DNA from: Candidatus Poribacteria bacterium
GTDB taxonomy: Bacteria > Poribacteria > WGA-4E > PCPOR2b
DNA length: 64,000 bases
Assembly: GCA_965218095.1 (NCBI GenBank)
Contig: OZ244587.1
Span: 4,800,001-4,864,000 of the forward strand
Direction of reading: 5' to 3'
The translations under genes and the position numbers were made by a program. The notes beneath the pieces are model-generated. The model saw only the letters and a program-made list of their open reading frames with translations, was not told the DNA's origin and made no database searches. Positions 10,315-18,217 of this stretch are shown one piece after another; the stretch's first letter is position 1, and every line of letters begins with the position of its first letter.

Positions 10315-11232
10315 ATGTTCCTACCCATGAATCTATTTCTCCAAATCGCTCACGGTGTCATCGGGGCGGTCATCATATCCCTCTTTTTCAGCCTCAGATC
10401 TAGTTTCGGTGAAGCGCGACATACCCTCAGCATCATCGGAGCCATCGCGATTATTATTGCAAGTGGCTACATCCTGCGGACACGGCTCATCCGGTGGGGA
10501 AGTCGGCAAATCTGGTTGAAATACCATCAAAGGCTCGCATCTTTCGGATTGAGCCTTGTCTTTATCCACTCCGCCTTTCGCCCCTTCTCATGGCATTCGT
10601 GGCTGACATTCGCTCTCGCGCTGCTCAACCTTGGGACAGGCATTGCCGTGAGTCTCACTACACGGCGCACACGACGTGTCCTGCTCCGCTGTCATCTCGC
10701 CCTCGCGCCAATTTTGCTAATTGGCATCGTCGTACACGGCAGGGAAAAATTAGATCACGATGAATTCTTTCCCTTGACAGAAGAACACGATATTCCGTGT
10801 GTAAGGTGTCACACATCAGATCGGCTGCTGTTTACCATCAATTCGCGCTTTCAAAGTGATTTAGACGGTGAGGGCAATGCCTCGGATGACTTACAGTGGG
10901 AGTTTGGCCTTCAGGCGACTTCACTTTCTCAGCATGCAGCGATTTCGACGAAAAAGGGAGATGGCGGTTGGCTGATAACCGATGAGCCGAACCACCAGAA
11001 ATACATGGTCAGGAAAGTGGCAGATCGGCTGCACGTTTATGCCAATTCTCCATACAAGGGTTACACCTGTCTCACCTGTCATGTTCACAACACCCCTGAG
11101 ATTCAGTTTGCTCATGAGGCTCACGGTGTGACTTCCTATAACGCATGCTTCAACTGCCATCAAACGGTCATTGGTGGAGAAAAATATGGCAGACGAAAAG
11201 CGAACTGGGACTATAATCCAGTTAGGAAATGA
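10315..11232 (+). CDS. Membrane protein with His-containing TM domain and C-terminal triheme cytochrome c domain
   Basis: About 5 TM helices with His residues; three CxxCH motifs (CVRCH, CLTCH, CFNCH). Confidence 0.75.
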   Translation: MFLPMNLFLQIAHGVIGAVIISLFFSLRSSFGEARHTLSIIGAIAIIIASGYILRTRLIRWGSRQIWLKYHQRLASFGLSLVFIHSAFRPFSWHSWLTFALALLNLGTGIAVSLTTRRTRRVLLRCHLALAPILLIGIVVHGREKLDHDEFFPLTEEHDIPCVRCHTSDRLLFTINSRFQSDLDGEGNASDDLQWEFGLQATSLSQHAAISTKKGDGGWLITDEPNHQKYMVRKVADRLHVYANSPYKGYTCLTCHVHNTPEIQFAHEAHGVTSYNACFNCHQTVIGGEKYGRRKANWDYNPVRK

Positions 11233-11446
11233 ACAAATCAACAGCAAAAGTAGCTCACGTAGATCGTCCAATCTTGGGTCCTGGAGTGCAAAAGCTCCGT
11301 CCCGCTACGCGGGATCTTGCTTCACTAGAGACTTGTAGCGAAAACAGAGTTTTCGCACGCCGGTTGAAATTTTCCTTGACACCGAAACTTCACTTATGAT
11401 ACCCTTTGCGCACTCTCAAACGATAGACAGAAACTTAAAAGGCGCC

Positions 11447-11548
11447 ATGCAAACTCTGAATCGACGACCACAACTTCAAATTGTATCTCATCGTTGGCAT
11501 TGGTGGTGGTATGCTGTTCAGGGTGGGAGTGTGCCTTTGCTGAGATAG
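11447..11548 (+). CDS. Putative attenuator leader peptide (33 aa, HRWHWWWY)
   Basis: MQTLNRRPQLQIVSHRWHWWWYAVQGGSVPLLR*; four Trp and two His codons clustered, upstream of a terminator and hisI-trpE. Confidence 0.8.
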   Translation: MQTLNRRPQLQIVSHRWHWWWYAVQGGSVPLLR

Positions 11549-11576
11549 ATTTTTGGATTCATATTTTAGATAAATC

Positions 11577-11618
11577 AAAGCTGTAGGCATACGAACCCCG
11601 TTGTCTACGGCTTTTTTT
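11577..11618 (+). terminator. Attenuator terminator hairpin
   Basis: AAAGCTGTAGGCA...TGTCTACGGC followed by T7, 30 nt before hisI. Confidence 0.8.
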
Positions 11619-11648
11619 GTGCCTATTTTCTGCTAGCGAGGAGGAAAA

Positions 11649-12032
11649 ATGGAAATTCTAAATCAACTCAAACCCGATCAGAATGGTTTAATTCCTGCGA
11701 TCATACAAGACGACGAAAACAACGAAGTCCTCATGGTTGGCTATATGAACCGCGAGGCGGTGCAGCGGACGTTAGAATTGGGGCGTGTCTGCTTCTGGAG
11801 CCGTTCTCGCCAAGAATACTGGATCAAGGGGGAGACTTCAGGACACACGCAAACCGTACGAACTGTCGCCTTTGATTGTGATGGTGATGCGCTGCTGATC
11901 AAAGTTGAACAGAAAGGCGGGGCGTGCCACACCGGCTATCGCTCCTGTTTCTTTCGGGAGGTCTCCCCCGACGGTAACTCTACGCGCATTGTTGGCAAGA
12001 AGGTTTTTGATCCGGATACAGTGTACTCGTAG
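11649..12032 (+). CDS. hisI: Phosphoribosyl-AMP cyclohydrolase
   Basis: [31 protein letters not shown]. Confidence 0.96.
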   Translation: MEILNQLKPDQNGLIPAIIQDDENNEVLMVGYMNREAVQRTLELGRVCFWSRSRQEYWIKGETSGHTQTVRTVAFDCDGDALLIKVEQKGGACHTGYRSCFFREVSPDGNSTRIVGKKVFDPDTVYS

Positions 12033-12041
12033 GAGACTCCC

Positions 12042-13556
12042 ATGTATTACCCAAGCTTAGAAGATTTTCGAGAAAAAGCGCAACACGGAAACTTGATTCC
12101 CGTTTACAAACCGATTCTGGCGGATATGGAAACGCCTGTGTCCGCATTTTACAAGATTGAAGTGAGTGATTACGCATTTCTGTTGGAGAGCGTCGAAGGC
12201 GGTGAAAACCTTGCTCGATATTCATTCCTTGGCAGCGGTCCGTCGACTTTATTTCGGAGCAGAGGAAATCTGGTCCGGATTGATGACCTGCGTACCGGGC
12301 AAACCGTCGAACTGGAAAGCGAAGACCCATTGGAAGCACTTGAAAAATTGATGGCTCGCTACCAGCCCGTTGATGTTGAGGGATTGCCACGGTTTCATGG
12401 TGGGGCTGTCGGCTACCTGAACTACGACATGGTGCGTTTCGTTGAGGAACTGCCCGACGATACCGAAGACGATCGAGAACTATCCGATTGCTTTTTCATG
12501 GTCACCGACACGCTCCTGGTGTTTGACCATGTGAACCATCAGATCAAGGTTGTCGCCAACGCCCACATCAACGGCGACGTTGACGACGCTTACGCACAGG
12601 CAATCGATCAGATTGACGGGCTCATCGCCAAACTCAAACAGCCGTTGTCCTCCCCTTTCCCCGCAAGTGGGGGGGGGGAGAAGGGGGGAGTCAAAAAGCC
12701 GGCTAGACACCCAAGCGATGTGCCTGTCACTTCAAACTTTACGAAGGAAGATTACAAGCAGGTTGTCCTTCGGGCAAAGAAATATATCGCCGCGGGGGAC
12801 ATCATTCAGGTCGTGCCATCACAGCGTTTCACCGTGCCGATATCGGTCGATACATTCGAGGCTTATCGTGCTTTACGCACAGTGAACCCATCGCCTTATA
12901 TGTACTACCTCAAGTTCGATGAACTCCAGATTGCTGGCGCTTCACCTGAGATGATGGTGCGCGTTGAGGACGGTGTTGCGGAGATGCGCCCAATCGCAGG
13001 CACCTGTCCACGTGGGAACATGCCCGACGAAGATGCCGCCCTTGCAGAAGAGTTGCTCGCGGATCCGAAGGAGCGGGCCGAACACGTCATGCTCGTTGAC
13101 CTCGGGCGAAACGACCTGGGGCGCGTTTGCGAATACCATACTGTTCGCGTGAGTGAGATGATGCTGATCGAACGTTACTCGCATGTGATGCACATTGTTT
13201 CGCACGTTGTCGGAGAATTGCGCGAGGGGAAGACCTCCTTCGATGTGATTCGCGCCTGCTTGCCCGCCGGGACGCTATCCGGCGCCCCAAAGATCCGGGC
13301 GATGGAAATTATCGACGAACTTGAGCCGACGCGGCGGGGACCTTACGGCGGCGCCGTCGGCTACTTCAGCTTCTCCGGTAGCGCAGATACAGCGATCACG
13401 ATTCGCACGCTCGTCGTCAAAGACGGTGTTGCCTACGTCCAAGCGGGCGGTGGCATCGTCGCAGACTCTGTACCCGAAACGGAATATGAGGAAACGCTCA
13501 ACAAGGCGCGGGCGGTGTTAAAAGCAATTGAATTAGCTGAGACTGGATTGGAGTAG
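12042..13556 (+). CDS. trpE: Anthranilate synthase component I
   Basis: FLLESVEGGE, NPSPYMY, PIAGT, KERAEHVMLVDLGRND, GTLSGAPK. Confidence 0.95.
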   Translation: MYYPSLEDFREKAQHGNLIPVYKPILADMETPVSAFYKIEVSDYAFLLESVEGGENLARYSFLGSGPSTLFRSRGNLVRIDDLRTGQTVELESEDPLEALEKLMARYQPVDVEGLPRFHGGAVGYLNYDMVRFVEELPDDTEDDRELSDCFFMVTDTLLVFDHVNHQIKVVANAHINGDVDDAYAQAIDQIDGLIAKLKQPLSSPFPASGGGEKGGVKKPARHPSDVPVTSNFTKEDYKQVVLRAKKYIAAGDIIQVVPSQRFTVPISVDTFEAYRALRTVNPSPYMYYLKFDELQIAGASPEMMVRVEDGVAEMRPIAGTCPRGNMPDEDAALAEELLADPKERAEHVMLVDLGRNDLGRVCEYHTVRVSEMMLIERYSHVMHIVSHVVGELREGKTSFDVIRACLPAGTLSGAPKIRAMEIIDELEPTRRGPYGGAVGYFSFSGSADTAITIRTLVVKDGVAYVQAGGGIVADSVPETEYEETLNKARAVLKAIELAETGLE

Positions 13557-13577
13557 ATCGGCGACAGGAGGCAAATC

Positions 13578-14264
13578 ATGAGTGTCACACTCGACCAAGT
13601 CATTCCTTGGGGAAGAGCCCTCCAAGAGTACACGCGGATGTTCAAGCTCTCCGACGAGGAACTGAACTTACGGATCCTCGGCGTCGGTGATGGGCCTGCC
13701 AGTTTTAATAGCGAGATGAAGGCCCTGGGGCATACGGTTCTATCAATTGATCCGATCTATTCGTTTTCAGGAGCGCAGATCGAACGGAGAATTGAAGAGA
13801 GCTACGATACCGTCATCTCTCAAGTGAAACAGAAGCCTGACAACTTCGTCTGGGATTTTTTTTCAGATCCAGCGCATTGTGGTCGCTTCCGTCTTGAGAC
13901 CATGAGGAAATTTTTAGCGGATTTTGAGATGGGAAAGGTTCAAGATCGTTATCTTCCTGAGTTTCTACCTACACTCAATTTCGCCGATGACCAGTTCGAT
14001 TTAGCACTCTGCTCGCATCTGCTCTTTTTATATTCAGTTCAGCTATCTTTCGATTTTCATCGAGATTCTATACAAGAACTCTGTCGCATTTCTCAAGAGG
14101 TACGGATTTTCCCGCTGCTAGCGTTGAATTGCAAGAAGTCGCCCTACGTTGCACCGATTCAATCACACTTTTCGGCAGCGGGATTTACGGTTGATATTTG
14201 TCGCGTGCCTTATGAATTCCAGAAAGGCGGAAACGAGATAATGAGAATCTACAGAAATGGTTAG
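13578..14264 (+). CDS. Class I SAM-dependent methyltransferase
   Basis: [11 protein letters not shown] motif I; [13 protein letters not shown]; YEFQKGGN. Confidence 0.82.
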   Translation: MSVTLDQVIPWGRALQEYTRMFKLSDEELNLRILGVGDGPASFNSEMKALGHTVLSIDPIYSFSGAQIERRIEESYDTVISQVKQKPDNFVWDFFSDPAHCGRFRLETMRKFLADFEMGKVQDRYLPEFLPTLNFADDQFDLALCSHLLFLYSVQLSFDFHRDSIQELCRISQEVRIFPLLALNCKKSPYVAPIQSHFSAAGFTVDICRVPYEFQKGGNEIMRIYRNG

Positions 14265-14275
14265 GAGAAGAACCA

Positions 14276-14839
14276 ATGATACTCATGATTGACAATTACG
14301 ACTCATTCACCTACAATCTCGTGCAATATCTCGGCGAGTTGGGGGCGAATCTTGTCGTCCATCGCAACGACAAAATCACGCTTGACCAGATCGAAGACCT
14401 CGCACCTGAGAAGGTCGTCATATCGCCGGGGCCCTGCACGCCGCGGGAGGCAGGCATCTCCTGTAAGTTGATTCGTCACTTTGCCGGGCGTGTGCCCCTT
14501 CTCGGCGTCTGCTTGGGGCATCAGTGCATCGGCGATGTTTTTGGCGGCGAGGTCGTTCGCGCCGGACGATTGATGCACGGCAAGACTTCGATGATTTACC
14601 ACAATGGACAAGAGCTCTTTGCCAATCTGGAGTATCCCTTTGAGGCAACACGCTATCACTCACTGATTGTCGCAAAGGAGACGCTGCCAGATTGTCTGGA
14701 GCTCACGGCGTGGACAGACCAGGACGAAGTTATGGGGATTCGACACAAAGATTATCCGATCTGGGGAGTGCAGTTTCACCCAGAGTCGATCTTGACTCGC
14801 GAGGGGAAAAAACTGTTGGGGAATTTTTTGAGGAGGTAG
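14276..14839 (+). CDS. trpG: Anthranilate/aminodeoxychorismate synthase component II (glutamine amidotransferase)
   Basis: [28 protein letters not shown]. Confidence 0.93.
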   Translation: MILMIDNYDSFTYNLVQYLGELGANLVVHRNDKITLDQIEDLAPEKVVISPGPCTPREAGISCKLIRHFAGRVPLLGVCLGHQCIGDVFGGEVVRAGRLMHGKTSMIYHNGQELFANLEYPFEATRYHSLIVAKETLPDCLELTAWTDQDEVMGIRHKDYPIWGVQFHPESILTREGKKLLGNFLRR

Positions 14840-14890
14840 GCAATGTCTGAGACGACGCTATCCCTCCGCCAGGTACGGGTGAATGCTCGT

Positions 14891-15463
14891 TCACCCCTCA
14901 TAAATGTCCTGAAACTGCTCTAACGCCGCCGCTAGATTCGCGGCAATCAGATCGCCAACATAATCGTCATCCACCGAGGTCGTGCCGTCATTGGCGATGT
15001 CAATCCCATCGCCCTTGATGTTCCGTGTCGCTTGCGCTGCTATGGCGTCAAGTTTGCTTTCATCACTCGATGTGAACGGTCGGGACACCGCTATCGTCTT
15101 TGTGCCGTCGGTCTCCTCGGTAATCGTGATGCCCACGCCTTGGGCAATCGAATCGCCGCCGCTACTGCTCACCTGCGTCCACGCACTGCCGTCTGCCGAT
15201 ATATAAATCCCACCCGTGTCGCCCGTCCGAAAATAGATCGCCCGACGCCCCGACACCAGTAGGCTCTCCGCAGGGGCGTCATCACCTACCAAGATCAGAT
15301 CCTCGCTCGTGAACTTGATCAGGTTGCCATACGTCATCCCCTTCAAGTCCGCAAGCGTGGCATCTCCACTGCTGGGCACCGCCGCCGGCAGCCGCACGTC
15401 GTCCAACTCCGACTCCGCAACCTCCGGCACCGCTGTGGTATCGATGATATTTCGTTCTGGCAT
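14891..15463 (-). CDS. Phage tail-fibre-like protein fragment
   Basis: Gly/Ser/Thr-rich; SKLDAIAAQA and IKGDGIDIANDGT motifs typical of tail fibres; higher GC than neighbours. Confidence 0.45.
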   Translation of the reverse strand: MPERNIIDTTAVPEVAESELDDVRLPAAVPSSGDATLADLKGMTYGNLIKFTSEDLILVGDDAPAESLLVSGRRAIYFRTGDTGGIYISADGSAWTQVSSSGGDSIAQGVGITITEETDGTKTIAVSRPFTSSDESKLDAIAAQATRNIKGDGIDIANDGTTSVDDDYVGDLIAANLAAALEQFQDIYEG

Positions 15464-15489
15464 CGTCTTACATTCCCGTAACTGTGCAC

Positions 15490-15541
15490 AAAAAAAAGGC
15501 GCAAACTCCCGGTATCATGCCTGATACCGGGGCTTTGCGCC
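15490..15541 (-). terminator. Intrinsic terminator between a promoter and the tail-fibre-like gene
   Basis: About 19-bp stem GGCGCAAAGCCCCGGTATCA/TGATACCGGGAGTTTGCGCC followed by T8 on the minus strand. Confidence 0.75.
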
Positions 15542-15571
15542 CTCAAATCCCTGTTATTACGCAGCGCAAAC

Positions 15572-15601
15572 AGTATACCCAAAAGTATAACCGTTTGTCA
15601 A
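15572..15601 (-). promoter_or_regulatory. Sigma70 promoter
   Basis: TTGACA-N18-TATACT on the minus strand. Confidence 0.65.
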
Positions 15602-15694
15602 TCTGTTTTATCGTCCTGTTTTATCGTCTAATCACCATTGCCCTCCATATCAAATAGACCCGGTATCCCATTCAGGATCAAGCCCCAAGCGATT

Positions 15695-16084
15695 TCATCT
15701 GGTAAGTCTTAGCAAAGCTATTTCATATTCTAAACCATCTATTTCAGATCCTAAATCATCTATTTCAGATCCTAAACTAGATATTTCAGATTCTAAATCA
15801 TCTATCTCAGATCCTAAATCATCTATCTTAGAAATCAGGGACCCGGACCTATATGTTGGCTGGGTACCACCAATTCTTTTATTCAGCTTGTCGATTCTTG
15901 AATTCAATGTGTCAACACTACTGGTAAGACTTTGGATAGCCCTGCGTAACTGATGATCAGACGCTGGACTATAACTTACGTCGATTGCAAAAACAACAAC
16001 TACAGCGGTTATCAATAACCCAATCCATTTGATCAGTTTTATGCGTCCCATTTTTATCATCTCCTTATCAGACATTTTACTCAA
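15695..16084 (-). CDS. Membrane-anchored coiled-coil protein with heptad repeats
   Basis: N-terminal hydrophobic helix; DDLGSEI-type heptads. Confidence 0.65.
   Translation of the reverse strand: MSKMSDKEMIKMGRIKLIKWIGLLITAVVVVFAIDVSYSPASDHQLRRAIQSLTSSVDTLNSRIDKLNKRIGGTQPTYRSGSLISKIDDLGSEIDDLESEISSLGSEIDDLGSEIDGLEYEIALLRLTR
15719..15826. repeat. 21-bp tandem repeat (about 5 units) inside the CDS
   Basis: Units resembling TATTTCAGATCCTAAATCATC. Confidence 0.8.
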
Positions 16085-16375
16085 TATAATTTACCTGATA
16101 CTTATCCAGAAATAAATCAAGGTGTTTTCTTGCTTCCAATTCATTTGTGCCCCTGTATATTGGATATCCTTGGCATTTACCATCAGGAAAGCGCAGAATT
16201 CCACTGATAATCCAATAACCAGAATCCTATATCAATTTAACAGCCTCTAAATGCTCATCATCCACAAAAGTACTACCTCCCTTAAACTCCCTTAAAACCA
16301 GTAAGAGTTATTTTAGCACACCTCCTTTCAGATTGCCCCGGATCTGATCACGACTGAGATCTAGCGTTTTTTTGT

Positions 16376-16405
16376 TTGACAAGACTTCGTTGGGTTTGCT
16401 ACAAT
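16376..16405 (+). promoter_or_regulatory. Sigma70 promoter with extended -10
   Basis: TTGACA-N18-TACAAT with TG at 16397-16398. Confidence 0.65.
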
Positions 16406-16579
16406 ATGCAATGCATGTGGCTACCCCTAGCTGCCACACCAGGGATAGCCTCAAGCCGAACAACCAAGTTCGTTAGGAGCGCCCCCATTGGTTGAGCGAC
16501 TTTGGTATATTATAACGCATTTCTACCCTAAAACAGAAAAAAAATATAGAAATTGCCATAATATCACCGAAATATACCG

Positions 16580-16628
16580 AAAAAAAGGCGGGATCGCTCA
16601 AATTCTGACGCGATCCCGCCTTTTTTTT
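16580..16628. terminator. Bidirectional intrinsic terminator
   Basis: A7-GGCGGGATCGC...GCGATCCCGCC-T8. Confidence 0.8.
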
Positions 16629-16637
16629 GTCGCTGTC

Positions 16638-17033
16638 GTAGATATCCCCTTTCACATCGGTATCCAGACCGCTCCATGTTTCATCATTGATGAGTTGAAT
16701 GATTTGCTTCAGTTTGACGGGATCTTGGATCCTGTTTTGGGATTTTCTGAAGATTACACCTAGCGTACCGCTCTCCAGAGCCAACGTGTCGAGGATATCG
16801 CGGTAGTGTGTTTCAAGGGCAGCGCCCTCCTTGGCGACTAAACCTTCCCAGTCTTTCCCTGCGGGGACAACGGGGTCCTTGTTGTATGGCGGTTTGGTCT
16901 GCTCGTCCGCCATTTTCAGAAATAGGAGATAGGTCAACTGTTCCACATAGTCGCCGTAGCTGATCCCATCATCACGAAGGACGTTACAATAATTCCACAG
17001 TTTTTGCACAATAGCTGATGAATCGTTTGGCAT
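16638..17033 (-). pseudogene. hsdM: Type I R-M methyltransferase, N-terminal domain only (truncated)
   Basis: IVQKLWNYCNVLRDDGISYGDYVEQLTYLLFLKM...DVKGDIY, then unrelated sequence; no DPACG or NPPF motifs. Confidence 0.9.
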
Positions 17034-17073
17034 TTTCGGGATGGTTCTCCTGCGGTTGTATGGGAGGGCACGT

Positions 17074-17457
17074 TTATACCGGCGGCATTATTACCAATTG
17101 ACTGGCAAGAGCCAGCTTTCTTGCGATGCGATCGCGCGCGATCTTGTCTGCCGGGAACGGTGTGATATTCGCATGTAGTTCATGAGGGATGATGTCTGGA
17201 ATAACTGTAAGATGATTCTCATAAACGACCTCTGCCAAAAGATCTGCCCTTGCTCTCAGTGTTCTTTCGCCTTGGACGTTTTCCCGCCCAATCACCCACA
17301 CTTCGCTCTCAGAGAGGGATGAGATACGAAACACAGACAGATCCTCGCTATATAGAGGTGGCATGAATGCCGCATATTTGACAACCTTTTTTTCTACGGA
17401 AAAATGTCTTTTAGAAAAAATAAAGCGGGTAAGTTTCTCGCCTCCTGAAAAATTCAT
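17074..17457 (-). CDS. Hypothetical protein, RES/ADP-ribosyltransferase-like toxin candidate
   Basis: LTRFI...AFMP...LSVFR...HANI motif pattern; the function is an inference. Confidence 0.5.
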   Translation of the reverse strand: MNFSGGEKLTRFIFSKRHFSVEKKVVKYAAFMPPLYSEDLSVFRISSLSESEVWVIGRENVQGERTLRARADLLAEVVYENHLTVIPDIIPHELHANITPFPADKIARDRIARKLALASQLVIMPPV

Positions 17458-17467
17458 ATCATGTCCT

Positions 17468-17890
17468 TTATTGAAAGAGGCGGTTTAACGTTGTAAGAAA
17501 ACCCGGTAGAAGGGCAAAGTCCGACAAGGCACAAATTCCTGCAATCTCCCGCTTATCACTAAAAAAGGCACCGTAGATGACGTGACCGTCACCGTATAGG
17601 CTCATCGTCGCTATGCCATCCCCTGGTCGCCATTCCAACCCAATCCCTCCATCTTCCAACCACATCATCTCAGGCATTGGAATATTACGCTGCATCTGCT
17701 CCAGCAAAGAAAGTGTTTCATTGTACGCCGATTCAGGGACAGGCTCAACTTCGTTATCCAACTCACAGGCTTCCTCAACCTCCTCGCGGATATCCTCTAG
17801 CTCTCGTTGCACCTGTTTCCTAAACAGTGCTTCATCTACAGGAGGCCGAACGAAATCAAGTTTCTTTTTTGGGGTTTCCATAATGTTCAC
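17468..17890 (-). CDS. Acidic hypothetical protein, antitoxin/partner candidate
   Basis: PEMMWLEDGGIGLEW motif; acidic; 10 bp upstream of the toxin-like gene. Confidence 0.5.
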   Translation of the reverse strand: MNIMETPKKKLDFVRPPVDEALFRKQVQRELEDIREEVEEACELDNEVEPVPESAYNETLSLLEQMQRNIPMPEMMWLEDGGIGLEWRPGDGIATMSLYGDGHVIYGAFFSDKREIAGICALSDFALLPGFLTTLNRLFQ

Positions 17891-17919
17891 CTATCCGATT
17901 TTGAGATACGTTTCTTAAT

Positions 17920-18152
17920 GAGGTATCTCCGAAATCTGATTCATCGTTATCCCCTCGTAGCTCTGCCAGCAGTACGTCTCCGATATAATCATCGTGGCGT
18001 TCGCCTACGTCTGTTACCTCACACTCCAGCGTCCCTGCCAACGCCAGGAGGGGATCGGTGCCCTGCGTTTCCTGGGCTGGATCTTCGTTTTCTGGAATAT
18101 TATCTAAGGCGATTTCGGCAGATAAATCTGTCCACTCTCCTCGTGCCCTCAT
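17920..18152 (-). pseudogene. Decayed vapBC-like remnant (antitoxin plus first codons of a PIN toxin)
   Basis: DPLLALAGTLECEVTDVGERHDDYIG resembles PIN-associated antitoxins; an overlapping ATG AAT CAG AT(T)TTC GGA GAT ACC TCA resembles a PIN start MNQIFGDTS. Confidence 0.45.
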
Positions 18153-18217
18153 ACCTAATATCTCCCAATTAAAATTAAGACTTTAACAAGCAATTGGCAA
18201 TCAAATTACACTTAATT

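Noticed and set aside
15719-15826. 21-bp tandem repeat as a regulatory array
   Set aside because: Fully explained as coiled-coil heptad coding within the 15695-16084 ORF.
16079-16265. Small minus-strand ORF with GGAGG SD and an internal TAG
   Set aside because: Probably a phage-derived pseudogene, but no family could be recognised.
16473-16637. C-terminal part of the 186-aa hsdM ORF as real protein
   Set aside because: It reads through a terminator hairpin and promoter-like DNA after the truncation point.
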